DNA of 61,775 bases, filler included, from Choristocarpus tenellus KU-1152 (Eukaryota; Protista; Phaeophyceae): assembly GCA_964200185.2 (NCBI GenBank). It is 8 parts of 8 records of this genome, joined end to end, with 100 filler letters (N's around TTAATTAATTAA, not from the genome) between each part and the next. Parts side by side here need not be neighbours in the genome. Positions count along the whole stretch, not along the records: positions 24,893 to 32,022 come from CAXNAD020006644.1; positions 32,123 to 35,609 come from CAXNAD020019691.1; positions 35,710 to 38,889 come from CAXNAD020021740.1; 5 more parts are not named here. One strand, 5' to 3'. The notes below the pieces were generated by a model, which was not told where the DNA came from, searched no databases, and saw only the letters and a program-made list of their open reading frames with translations. Both the position numbers and the translations under genes were made by a program. This document shows positions 24,793 through 38,216 of this stretch, in pieces. The stretch's first letter is position 1; each line of letters opens with the position of its first letter.

Positions 24793-25432
24793 NNNNNNNN
24801 NNNNNNNNNNNNNNNNNNNNNNNNNNNNNNNNNNNNTTAATTAATTAANNNNNNNNNNNNNNNNNNNNNNNNNNNNNNNNNNNNNNNNNNNNGTAGTCTA
24901 GAGTGACACAAACCAATCTACCACCACCCTCCTCAAAGTCACGGATGCAAGCTAAGGGATACACCACTTTCTTATCTCTTAATCTGATTGGTTAGGGGGA
25001 GACAAGCTGAGGTCTGAGCTCTCCAATGAAGTTCAAGGATATACTAAAGCTTCTTCCGTGGTGTGATATGTCTTAGAAAGACTTCCATGGAGGGGTTTTT
25101 TTCCTTTCTTAACTCATCACCCACACTGGAGAAGCAGTGCATGACACACACCCTCAACCCTTTACACTTGCCAACAAAATCGTTGTTGCACCTCCCCCCC
25201 CCCCCCCAACCTGCGAGAATCTCAAAACCCACACCCCTGAAGAATAATTTTGCAATAAAATACAGCGCTTGGAAATCTCTGAAGTCGCAATTGCCTCACA
25301 ACACAATTAACCATCACTGCCGTTAGGCAACAATACATGCTGCTTCCTTTCTTTATCTATCTGGTAAATATCCCAGGCAGGCAACGCCTTTCAACCCAGG
25401 AAAACCAAACCAGGGAGAAGTAATTTAGTTAC

Positions 25433-27581
25433 CTGGTCTTCAGTAGCTCAGCAGGGGTGCGTACAGCCCAATAGGGAAACTGTGCCAGCCCCACGGCAGC
25501 CAAAGTGCACAGATCGGCATATCCGTCTCCAAACGAGTTCCTAAAGGCAGTTTGGAATGCATCCTTAATAGAAAAGAAAAGAGCACCTACCAACAGGAAG
25601 GACGTAATGATGGGAAAAGGGGAGGAGGATCGAGATCTGAACTGGAGCAAGTTCTCAAAGATGATGCACTAAAGCAATCCAGGGGAAGAATTCGGTTTCG
25701 TTGTTGATTTTGTAGAATGGTGTACCCGTACCAGGTACATCTGGAAAGCCTACGGCACCCTGTCCTCAAAGAACGTGCTCCTTTCAGGGTCAACATAGGG
25801 TGGTCACCAAACAAGGGCAAAATACAATTGGGTAACACCACAAGATCATTGCTCCAAGCTGGAACATAGTTCACACCAGCTATCCTCGACCATGGATGAC
25901 CTACAGTCAACCAACCGACCAACCTGGGGCTCAGCTGCTACATATCCAACACTTGTTAGAAAAAGACAGTATCTAAACTACATAGGGCCATGTGTATTTC
26001 CCCTTGGACTTTTCCTAGCTTTTATGGAGAAGTACTCAGGTCCCTGATCCAAGCTTTCACCAAGTGTTCTCATGACGCTTGCCTGGGCACCCACCTAAAC
26101 TTTGAGGTTCAGTCAGCACATTGCCAGCTGATTTTGGCCGTTGGATGAACCAGGTACACCTATTTCATTCCATGAGCTGTAACCTAAGTGCCCTCCACCT
26201 CGACACCTCGAAATGCTCATTACCTTACCCTTAACACATAGCTGACAAAAGCCCCAAGAAGACAAAAATAGTCTATGGCACAACAGCAACATTTGCCCTG
26301 GTTGATAGATAGCAGCCACTGACAATAAAAAGGTCTGATTTCGGTTACCAATCTGGTCCTGAATCAACATCACGTCAAGCATGAAAGGCACACAAGGCAA
26401 AAAAAGTACATCAGTTGTTGCTACTAACCCTTACCCCAACCCTAGTCGTCATGCCTTCCCTCTGTTGGAATAGCTACCACTTGACAATGAACTAGTACTT
26501 TGGAGAATTAAATGTGCTGATGGCCAAGAGTGGAAAAATATGGTATGGATCACTTGCGTCTGTTGTTCGTGTTCTTTGTAGTGATAGTTATTTGCGCCCT
26601 GGTGAATTCTCGATCGTGAGGGATGATCAAGGGCATCAAAACAATGGAATTCACTGACCAGATGGAGCGCCCACGACTAGAGGAGGGAGGACGCCATTAT
26701 AGAGTCCTCTGTACAAACCCTCGCTTTTCTTCGTTCCCTTCCTGTTCCCAGGGACTTGTAGGCGGGTCTGGTAGGGTAAGACATTGGCAAATGGGAGGTA
26801 GGTTGGTAATTAAGTCCCAGTCCTGTGCATTCGTATAGCCAAAGCGGTAGTCTCTGCACTGCAGAGTCAACACACTTTTGCGTTAAGAGAAGACCTCCTA
26901 CACTCCGTTCGGACGCCGACATCGTTGGTGGTTGTCGTAAAGATTGCACATTGTATGGCTTCAAACTGTTAACAGGCCCTGACCTTCACCGTGTCGATGG
27001 GGTACAGAATTAGTTGCTTGGACGTCGACACTGCTGCCCCTGCCACCAACCCAGAAAACGCACTAGTCGCAGTCGACTCTGGTGGGAGCCCAGGGCGGTC
27101 CTTTCTCTTGGTTGCTTTAATCAAGCCGATCAGGAAGTGAGAATTGTGATGAGGGCTTTGCTAGCAAGGAACATTAGCACAAACGAGGCATACGCCAATA
27201 GATACATCTTACTAGTTGAGGGACCTTAACAACTGCGTGGGCTCCAGCTTTGTAGGTTATAGGGATTTGTGTTCTACAAACTTCGAGGGGACACTCACAC
27301 TTGGATACGTCTTACTAACCTGCAGATATTTCAATTGAGGGACTGGCTGCGGTTGCCTTTTGCCCTCCCGCACCACCTACAACAGTCCCAGTAAATGCCG
27401 CAGCCGAGATAAGCCTGAGAAAATCCCCTCGAGTAGTTGTGACACCTGACACAGACGTACTAGCACGACAAAAGGACAGACTTGGCGATACTCGCGAAAT
27501 CAATCCACAAACTGTCTTAGATAAAACAAGAAAGTAGACTAGAAAAGAGGATGCAGGTCGAAATCTGGTCAGGTACGCCAT
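25433..27581 (-). CDS. Mitochondrial carrier family (SLC25) protein, SAM-carrier-like, with N-terminal targeting extension (3' partial)
   Basis: Exons 27581-27320, 27114-26984, 26767-26659 and 25586-25433 splice in phase (1,0,1). Carrier motifs are YPIDTVKTRLQ, GLYRGLYNG and TPAELLKTR. Substrate is inferred only. Confidence 0.9.
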
Positions 27582-27795
27582 TGTACGCAGACTTGGTATC
27601 CTGTTGTAAGGAGAACCAAGTGAACATGTTTTTTGATGCTCATTTTCCATTTTTAAAGTCCCGTTTTACTCTGTAGTGCTCTGTGGTGTCTCGCGTAGCG
27701 AATCAACCTAATCCCGTCAGCAAAGAACGGAAGGATCGTCAAATAGGATTGAAGTTGTGTAGGGGGACCATTGGTGTGGGCCGGTGGGTACGAGA

Positions 27796-30700
27796 ATGCT
27801 AGTACCAAATACCGCAGCTCTACTGGCTACGGCTTCATTGACTCCGTACAGTTTCCAACCTGCACTTGTTTTTCCTGCTTGTCCAAGTGCTAAGGGCACG
27901 TTTTCGGCACTTAGGCAACCTGAACATGATACAAGGTACCAGTTGCACGGTAGGGATTGGAGGACAATAAGATGTCGTCACGGGTTGCTTATGAAAGAAG
28001 GCGATGGGGGTGAAAGTGATGTCACAATTGAGCTGGTTGTGGAAATAAAACATGGCATTAAGGTAAGGAATGATCTTTGCGTGGGTAGTGCGCTCCCGAA
28101 CATGGGATTAAGAAAGCAGGCCGACACCCGTGCGCGCGCACATACTCACACACAATCTCTTCGTTGAGAGTGCGCCATCCTTGATTGAATTCTCGTCCGA
28201 TCCTTCTTCCTTGTGGCGCTTGGAATCCAGAACATCGACAGGGTGGAGTGGGATTTGCTTCTTGATCCTGACGACTCGCCCTTTTTGGAGTACGATTGGA
28301 TCTACGCAATGGAGGAGAGCGGTTGCGCAACACCTGAGAAAGGTAGTTTGATTGCCCAGGTTCATCGGAGGTGGAAGTATGGGGTAGAAGAGCAGAAGAT
28401 ACACGTCAATACGTGTATTCGGCAAGTAAGTTGAACAAAATCGCCTCACCTACATTTAGGAGGGTATGCTCGTTTGAAAACGCTTGATCCCTATCACATG
28501 ATCTCTTGCAGGATGGCAGCCGATGCACTTGACGGTGAGAGAGAACAAGAAGTCAGGTGTCATTGCTGCAGTGCCTCTCTACGTTAAATACCACTCCATG
28601 GGGGAATTTATCTTTGACCAGGTACACACGAGTGTCCATACACCATCTCAATGGGACACAATATCAACCTGCTTGCTGTCGCTCTTGCCTCCTTTGTGAT
28701 GGCATGGTGACTAATGTTGGGCTGACCTTGTCCAACAAATAGAGAGAGTACCGAAATCCCTCAGATGCAAAGCAGTCAGCAGTTATGAAGTAAGGAGCAA
28801 AATATAGTGAGCTTTGACGCAGGTTTCTTGGGTTTCTGCGACGCCCCGAGAAACATTGTCAGAGGTTGGAGATGATGCTAGGTCGATTTTCTGGAAGGAC
28901 TATAGGTAAGTTGTAGAATGCCGGGCAAAAAGCTACAATGTATTACAAGGACTTGCCTTGTTTATGTATCCCTTCCGCAAAATAGTGGAGTTGAAGACAA
29001 CAATAGATACAAACAACGTCGTGAAGGGTACCTTGCATAGTATACACCTTGACGTTTCTTGCATAACCTCCTGTAGCCAAGCCTTAAAGAGCATGATTCT
29101 GTGCAAAATATTCATCACGATTGTGCTCAAGTCCTTCGCCTTCGTCATGGTTGTGTGTTCGAGACACGGTGTGGTTCTCTCTCAATCATTGCTCTGTACG
29201 CCACCTGCCCTTCACCCCACCTGTGGATATTCTGCAACCTTGTACATTTTCTCAATCAATTTATTCCTGGCATACCTGGGAAGCAGGGGTGGGCTGAAGC
29301 ATCTATGGCTTCTGGTCTGCCGTATTACCCCAAACTGTTGGTGGGAATTCCCTTCACCCCTGCTGCTGGGGCACGGGTACTAGTCTCCAATGAGATTGGG
29401 AAGGAGTACGAGAGGAATGTACGACAGTCTGTTGCCCGATTCCTACGGTGAGGCAAGACAAGAGAGTTGAGTAAGGCGCTCACACATGAATACGAGGGAG
29501 ACTGTGTATGTGACTCCAACTAGCTCCTAGAGTTGTGGTCTGAGTCGGTAGAAACGAATTGGTTTGGCACTATTGTCCTTCCTGGCATAACGGGCGTTGT
29601 TTACCATGAAACGAAACTCACCAAGTGATTTGGGCTGACAGAATCAGAACGTGTGAATGATAAATACTCGGAAGTAGTCTGAAGCAGTGATGAGCAGGTC
29701 CTGAGTGAAAGTATCTTAGAGGGTACGAGTTTTGTCCTGTTTTTTTTCCATTTGGGGCTTGGGTTTCCTTGTTTGTTTGTTTTTCCTACTCCAAAATGTA
29801 TAGGGTAGGTAAAATGTATACTTTTTGAAAAGGTGTATCCGAAACATAGATATTGACACTTCCTATCAAACACGATAACCAAAATTACATCAAAATTGCT
29901 ACATTAGATTTTTGACACCCAAATGGACGCAGTGCTACCCTCTAAGATACTATGGCTCTCCGAGTACTTGCTGCAGAGGATGCAAGGCTGAAGGCTATTT
30001 GCAGTCAGTGTTCTACGTACTGTTTTTGGTATCATTCCCTCTTCAAGAATTCACAACCAACTGCCTTTTTGTTTTTCACCCGTTGTATACATGGCTAGTG
30101 ACATCATCATGTTCCAAGAATCAAATCTTTTCACCCCCCTCCCCCACACGACAAATGCCCCGTATATATATTCCGTGAATATTCATTAGCCTAACTGAAT
30201 CAAATAGTAATCTACTATGATATCCTTTGTAGAATAATCTTCATTTAATTAAGTGCAAAAGCAATTGTTATCCAAGAAATATTTGGTTAAAACCTGAATG
30301 CCATAAATCTGGACGGGACGGATTGTACCTCTGCTTTATATAACCCTGGTCACTTGAATTTAGGAACGATTTTTTATATTATTCTCGAAGGTACTGGAGC
30401 ACTGCATCTTTTAGCTGCAGTAGAGTGCGTATGTGACCCTATTCCTTTTAGGTTGAGTTTCATCCATCACATGTATAGCATTGCCATGGCATGTAGGCTG
30501 CTCTAGAGGAAGTGGTGCACATGGTGTATCATTTATTCCCGAAGAACAGGTCAGCAAATAGTTGAGCCTTCTGCCAGAGTGTAGCCTCTTTTTTTAAGCT
30601 ACAGGAGCTCTTGGTTGTTCAGGTATCCCTCACGCTCACCAACAGAAGCTGCTGCTTCCAAAGGACCCCCAAAGGTATTGATGCACACGTTAGATTGACA

Positions 30701-31757
30701 CTTGAACCAATAAGTAAAGATCAAGACTCGCTTCCAAACAATGATTTACTGCATTCTGCAGGCAGCTGGCAGTGGACAACCAACTGAGCTCAGTCCATGT
30801 AAACTTCTGCACAGATAAGGAGGTGGGAAGACCCAAGGAATCACTTGCTTTCATGTTTAGATTGTTTGGTGGATTGGTGGGAATAAAATGGAGGATCTGA
30901 TGCATTGTATAAATCTTGTTCCCCTTCCCCCCACCCCCCACCCCCCCCCTCCCTCCCCCCCCAAGACCCCTCACTGCCTTAATACAGTATCAACAAAGAA
31001 TTTGTCATAGTGTTGGGGTTATCGTGAAGACACTTCTTATGGTCACCTGGAGCTTGAGAGGGGAAGCAGTACCTTACTATGTTGACTTGCTAAAAGGAAA
31101 TTTTTACACTTGCTCTATGACATTCTTACCATCACATGTGGAAGATACCCTTGTATTCAGATTACCCATCCCTAAACCTACCTATAGCCCTAACCTGCAC
31201 ACAAGAATGACAAGCTGTCTAGGCTATGTGTCTTGCTAGAGAGCAACCACTGACAAGACACATTCGTGACCATATCTCTCAAATCTCCTCTCCCCTACCT
31301 TGTTTTTTCCTAGAACCTCTGAGCCATGAGCTACCTACTACTGCCTTCACAACCCCAGCCTGCTTCCTCCCCCCCTCTTCCCCTCCCATCTCCACACTAT
31401 ATACTGGGATCCCCATTTCTGCGTGCTGCTGATTGTGGTATGATACATGACGCACCCGACTTCCATTTGCAGGTGACAGCTTTCTGCCAATCTGGCTTCC
31501 TTCATCGAAAGAGCTTGCAATACCACTGGCAAAACATTGATAGAAGGGAGATGGGTGGGGAGGGTGATGACAGTGGTAGTCCTGGGGCGGAGGAGAGGCC
31601 TCCTCTGCCTGAGGGTACGAGCGATGAGCCCTGTGAAGGTGGGAGAGGGGGAGAGACAGGATGGGTGAGGGGGGCTGCCGAGACCGTCGGCAGTCGTCCC
31701 AAGTACGAGGATTTTGATGCATACCTTGGGAATTTTGCATCGAGGAGGAGGATAAAG
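27796..31757 (+). CDS. DUF482 / FemAB-like GNAT-fold protein (3' partial)
   Basis: Exons 27796-28062, 28231-28342, 28512-28621, 29287-29447, 30762-30822 and 31473-31757 splice in phase. Motifs include SPFLEYDW..AMEESG, GWQPMHL, PLYVKYHSMGEFIFDQGWA, YYPKLLVGIPFTP..G.R, SSVHVNF, QYHWQN and YEDFDAYL. Confidence 0.92.
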
Positions 31758-31904
31758 GTGTGAATCTCCTTGTGGTTGTGCATAGGGTTAGGGTTGATAT
31801 TTCCTTTATTTTTTGCTGTTTGTGCTGTTTGTGTTTGGAAAATAATGAAATGTTCTGCGGGCTGCTCAAACGGTTGCGCCTATCTTGTGCCCTGTCTCTC
31901 AATC

Positions 31905-31968
<64 letters not shown>

Positions 31969-34900
31969 CGCGCCCCCACCCCCCCCACCCCGAGAACAAC
32001 CCCCCCCCCACCAACCCACCCCNNNNNNNNNNNNNNNNNNNNNNNNNNNNNNNNNNNNNNNNNNNNTTAATTAATTAANNNNNNNNNNNNNNNNNNNNNN
32101 NNNNNNNNNNNNNNNNNNNNNNTTTGTTTTTTTTTTTGTTTTTTTTTTTGTTTTTTTTTTTTTTTTTTTTGTGGTTTTGGGTTTGTGGGGGGGGGATTTA
32201 ATGTTTATCAGTTGGGTCCTACTTGTTCTGTTTTTTTTTATTTTTTGTTAGCTTCCAGTCCAAAGATTGAATGCCATGCGTTGTCGGATCTTTGCTCCTT
32301 GGAAATGTGTGCTGCATGGGTGTGTGCATTAGTGTGTCCTTACAGTGAATACCTGATTAACCTAGAACAGTTTATATTTGTAACACTTCTCATGGATACA
32401 CGTATGTATGCACACTCTCTGTTCCTTTGCTTTGTTATTGGGTTTTTTTCTCACCAAACCTGTAACTGCCCGCCCCACTCGTCCTCCCTCGTCGATGCCT
32501 CCCGCCTGTTCCCTTGCTGAGCGCAGGTACTACCAGATCATCAGTGGAAATCGCAGTCTCATCCTCAAGGTTTTTGGCCTTCTCCTCCTGTTTGTGTGGC
32601 TATTCTTAGGGGTCTTTCGATGACAGCCCCTCCCATCCATGACCACCCTCTTCCCCTTCGCTACAGTAGTAGCAGTAGAGTCTGAACGACCAACCTCCTT
32701 ATTTTGTGTGTGTGTGTGTGTGTGTTCCAGCCTGTGCATGGAGATCAAACAAATCTGTGAAGTTCTGACGATAAAGCTAATGTGATGCTTCATCTAGTCG
32801 AAAACTTTTTTATTATTATTATCTAGAAGAAGCCTATTCGCTCCTAGATTTTTGCTCAATGCAAGACACAGAGGGCCGTAGAGGGTTCTCTCTTGGTCAG
32901 CTGCAAACATTAGTATCGTGTCAAGACATGGTAGGTCCACGGCATGTTGTGCAACATCTCGTGAGGTACAAGTGTGTTCCTGACCATGATGTCTTGGGCA
33001 GGGGGGTGAAGGCAACTGTCACTCCTACAGGGCACCATCTTTTTTCAAGTTTTTTTTTTATGGATTATTAGGTTGGTAATGCTATGTCGTGACACAGAGA
33101 CAGGTGACCCCACCACAGTAGGCTACTTGAGGCGTGTGAAGCACGTGCTGTTGTTGGTGTTGATGAAACGGTCAAACACCGAAGAAGTGGACTGATGTGT
33201 GGGGTGAGGGGATGCCATCACTTCATCTGTGTTTAATTTGCATTCCGACCTACATGTGCCCACTATTGATACCTTGCTGCTTTTAGTGAATGTGGTGAAA
33301 GAGGGGTCTTTTCTGTACAAGAGCACAGGATTGACATTAGTTTATCTTTCCGACGATTTTTTTTGCCCATTCACTGCACTATGTCCTGAGGTTGGAGCGA
33401 CCAAGAAGATGGATGTAGCAAGAGGACATTGTGTTGTTATCTATGTTTTGGAATTTTGTCCTATTAGCGTGTTTGCGCAAATACTTTACGGTTTGCTTTT
33501 TGATATACCTGGACAAATCACATTTTAGAAAATACTTCTGAAGTACTTTGAAGTATGTATGTGTGTGTATCAGTTTGTGTTGCAAAGCATCCAAATCTCT
33601 CATACTTGCATCTGTCTTTCAATCACGGAGTGTTTTTTTTATAGGCAAGTGATTGGGGTGGCACCAATTTGCCGAAAGTGGGAAATAAATATCATAACAT
33701 TTGGAGCGATTGGTGATTCTGATGTATGGAGGCAAGGGTGCCATATAATCACCCACTGAAATAGTACAAGAAAATGGAATGCAATGAAGTCGATCACTGC
33801 ACCAAGTCATTTCGAAAGTAATACTACTGTCAGGGGCAGGTTCCATTTTGGATCTCGTACTGATGTGGATAACGAGCGCACCCTTTTGATCATATTTGTC
33901 ATGCCAATTTATCAAAAAGCAATCACGAAGTGAACGATGAACTTCTCCATGCATGTATTCGCAGTGTGAAGACAACCTATTATTGATTATTAAACATTTC
34001 CAAAGATTTATCAACTACGTGCACAAATTTCTTAGAACTCTTTATCATTGTTAGTAGATGATGGTGTTGCGGAAATCTGTTGTGTAGTATAATTGTTTTG
34101 TTTCTGGTGTGTGGACTCAACTCGGATGAGGTGACCATGGTAAGCAACTTCTCGATTGAAACAAGTGTAGCATGTGCATCATCTGTCGAGGTGGTTCGGA
34201 GCAGCTTTCTGCGCCCCACTATTATTATGCGAAAATTGCAGTCATCAAAAGAGAGGATGACTAAATAAGACGCACTGAGAGGTATATAATGTAATTACAA
34301 AATATGGATCCCCCCCAAAAAGGCCACAAATCATGTCATTTTGTACATGGTGAACAATGCCTTTGCGCAATTGTGATGAATTGTTTTTTCGGTCTCTCTT
34401 CCACAGACACCTTCGTTTTGGGGGACTTTTATTTTGTTCATAATAAACCGTATCATAGATTGTATTGCACAACAAGGGTGAAGAAAGGCAAATTATGCAA
34501 AATGACCAAGACGTGTGTGTGTGTCTTGGTAGGACTCCAAAGTGAATACATACCACAAGATGACGGCAGACACACAGACATAACTACTATTACTTCAAGT
34601 GCACCAGAGGTTGGTGGGTCGGGTGAAAAAACTATTGAAAGCAAGTACCCTAGTCAGCACACATTAAATTGCGTTTCCGTTTTAGACGTTACATATATTC
34701 GTAGTCACGGACCAAAAACGATTCAGTAGAGTAGTAAGCGACCATGTACCACATAAATAAATGCAACGGTATGAGAAATAATATGCATCACTCAGATAGA
34801 ATTAGATTGACTCTGTAACGGTGAGGCACTGATCTATAGCATTCAAGAGTCGCCAGTAGCACAATCAAGTCTATTGTAGGAAAAACCTGAGGAAAGTACT

Positions 34901-35521
34901 ATGCTTCTCCGAAAGTAGTTAGTATCCTCCACAGTAGCAACTATTTATCTAGTCAACAAGGCACGGGAAGTGGTCATTTTGGTGTTGTTGACTAGGTGTT
35001 GCCCATCTCCCCTCCCTCGGTCTATGATGTCTTCTGTGTGCTTGCTACTGGGGTGCACGGTAGTGAGACAAGCGTGTGCTTGCAGATTTAACCACAAGAA
35101 GTGACCATCCTTTGGGCTGTGCTGACCTCTGTGCACGGTTCTTATTGCTAGTATGCGAAAACATGGTTCATCCCCTGGTTGGAAAAATGAGCCATTCAAG
35201 CTTGGGCCTTAGCTGTTCCATCCTAAGAACATAGTTGAACTATTATTGTGCTCTTGAGATTGGGATGTGAACAACACAGTACAGGTGTACAGGGGAAGTC
35301 AAGTCATCATTCCAAAAACTTGTCCGAGTCCTGCAGGTTGTCTCGTGGTGGCGATACATAGACCTTCAAAGTATGCATCTCAGATCTATATAGATTCTAC
35401 AACCATGATGGTGCGTGTGTGTGTTTGCATCTCCAACAATTGTCTCTTCAAACGAAGGGGGTTTCTCGCAAATGTAGAAGGCCAAGCCTCCCCAAAAAAT
35501 TCAAGAGACTCTGCTGCATAT

Positions 35522-35911
35522 GGCTCAAAGTATCGGGGGGGGGGAAGGGGGGGGGGTGAACGCCAGGGTGTCCATGCGGGCCCTGAAGGGGAGGAAAGAA
35601 CTTATAATANNNNNNNNNNNNNNNNNNNNNNNNNNNNNNNNNNNNNNNNNNNNTTAATTAATTAANNNNNNNNNNNNNNNNNNNNNNNNNNNNNNNNNNN
35701 NNNNNNNNNCCGGCCCCCCCTCTGCTGTGGGCTCAAAGGGTGGGGGGGGGGGGGGGGGACTATCCATTTGGGACCCATTTTCCATGTCACGACTTTTGTG
35801 TGATTTGGTTGCATGCATCGGATGGATAATGTAAGTTCACTTTTCCTGGTCAGGGCCCAAATGGACACCCTGGTGTAGGCCCCCCACCCCCACGCCCAGA
35901 TACTTTGAGTC
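35522..35911. mobile_element. Two MITE family A fragments on either side of a contig join (35522-35609 and 35730-35911)
   Basis: GGCTCAAAGTATCGGGG...CCAGGGTGTCCAT before the linker, and ...CCCAAATGGACACCCTGGTGTAG...CAGATACTTTGAGTC after it. Confidence 0.65.
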
Positions 35912-38216
35912 ATATTGATTGCATCTTTCTGCTCCTCATGGCCGCTATCTTTCTGCTCAGGTACTCGGGCGACTCTCTGGGGAGTTCTGCCTGCATTTGG
36001 CAGCCTGTGTGCAGCCCGACTTTTGGTCTATATGGCCATGGGCTCCTCCACTAGGACGTGAGTGGGTAAAGGAGGGGGTATGCCGGGCAAATGTTGTGAA
36101 AGCCTGGAGTGCTGCACATATGGCTGCACCTATCTTGAATATGACTGCCAGCTTTGTTTGTCTGCTTGTGTACTGTCTTGGTAGTGTCCTCGCTTGGGTG
36201 TCTGGCGTTGTCTGACTTAGAGCCACTGTCCTGGGGTAGTGACTGTTCCCTTCCGTTTGCTGCAGGTTTGTTAACTTGTTGTAGGTTGGCATCGCAGCTT
36301 CCACAGGACAGGGGAATTCACCATTTTGCTCTCCTCAATCCAGATAATGGACCTGGTTTCTTTGTTTCAGAATCCTCACTGAGTTGTGATGTCTGTGTAC
36401 CAGGAGAAATTGGATCGGGGACCGTACCATGAGGAATCTTCTTTATGGTGCTTGTAATCAGGCTCAGGGCGCACAAAGAATTAAGTCTCTGTTCGGTTTG
36501 TGTTCCTCATTGTTTTTCCACCGTCTTGAAATGGTGTTGAACTCTCCATTATTTGCTGGTATGGTTTCCTCACCACCCTTCTTGTTTCTGCCTGGTATCA
36601 CCTCCCCCTCCCCCACAGGACTTTCTATCGCAGGAGACGAAATAATCACCTGCGGTCACTTATACACTCACAGAGCAAAGGGGTGACTGGGGGTAGTGTT
36701 AGGGCAGAAGGTGCCACGGGTGCCCCCCTGATAAGCACAGGAAAGCAAGAAGGGGGAAACTGCCGAGAAGGAGATGGAGGGGAGAGTGGGGTGGGGTGAA
36801 GGCCTATGAAGCATTGTTGGAGTTGCATTTGTGCATTAGCCTTGTCAATTTAATCATTGGACAGGCAGACTGGAAATTGTGTCAATCGTTTGGTTGTAGT
36901 GTGGGAAGGGGAGTGGATATCTTCGAGGCGTAAAAGACACACACACACACACACACACACACAATATTGTCTGTTTCTTTCCTACAGAATTGCCTTTTTT
37001 TCATGTTGTGATAGTGGGTAGATGTTTTTAATAACCTTCATCTCGGTAGACCAATGGGCGGGACTGGATTCCATGGTGTGGACTGGTAAGATCGGTCAGC
37101 TTGGTTGAGGGAAACCTGCAGGAAAAATCGGAGGATGATTTTTTTTTGCATGGGGGGCTGGATGGACCTAAAGGAGATCAGAGGCTGGTTCAATTTTGTA
37201 CGGTGGACTGGCTCTATCTGGAGCCCTTGAGTTCTCAGAGTTTGTATGCCAGTTATTAGAATTGGAAGGTTCATATCCACCTACTCTTTTTAGAGGAGAA
37301 AATGTCGTAAGGCTACTGGGCAGACACATCCTTCAACGTTCACAACACTCCGGACTATGCAGACTGTTTGGTTGTTGCGAGGTATGTGGACCTATTACGT
37401 CACAGTGGTGCCTGCAGAAGTGTCAGGCTGCGGAGCTTGACAAAGGCTAGGAGTCGTATCCTTGCTACATCCCACCTTCTTCTGTCACTTGGCGGCATAG
37501 TGATTTGGCTTACATGTTGTACATATACAGTAGATCTGGGATGGATTTATGAAGTAGCTTGCATTAGAATAGTGATTTTTGAGTAAGTGAAGTGACCGTC
37601 GAGGTGTGCATTTGCCAATGAAAGGTGTTTCCATTATTCATTACTAGTGTGGGGCATTTGTCTGAGGTAATCTTCCTCTTCCTGTCCCCCCCCATTTGAT
37701 TGATCGATTGTACCTATTTTATGACTCTTTGATAAATGTCTCCTTTTTTTTTCAGACTGTGCAGTGATAGTATTATTAAAATACGCAGTACTTTATTTTT
37801 TTTTGTAATGTGGACTAATGCAGTGCCTGTATGTCGGCCACTCAACACCAGCTAGTGTTTTGTGTTACATAATTACACCCTTGCTTGTTCTACAAAATAG
37901 CACAAAAGAGGAACATACGACATACAAAGAATGAATTCACCGCTACGACTGTGTAGAGATTGAGGTAGAAGGTGACATTATTTGAACAGTGTTGCATCCT
38001 AGAGTTAACTGTTGTTATGGTTCAATTCGGGTACACTTCTCAAGGATCCAAACTATGTCTTGGAAGTAGACCTCTATCTAACACTCCAAAGTAGTAGAGT
38101 TGTTTTCTTTGTGTCAAAACGTGCATTCCTGTAGACCTCTCTCATTATCCTGTAGCCAACATAACAACACCTACCTACCTTTTGTTAAAAGGGCTAACCG
38201 TTTTTAATTTTGTTTA

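Noticed and set aside
31279-32078. Poly-Pro/poly-Gly ORFs here and at 40054-40622, 46072-46455 and 47664-47931
   Set aside because: They are translations of C/G homopolymer tracts next to gaps, and the run lengths are probably unreliable.
33619-36700. Assorted 100-140 aa ORFs in two gene-poor contigs
   Set aside because: No phase-consistent exon chain or domain was found. They are probably decayed repeats.
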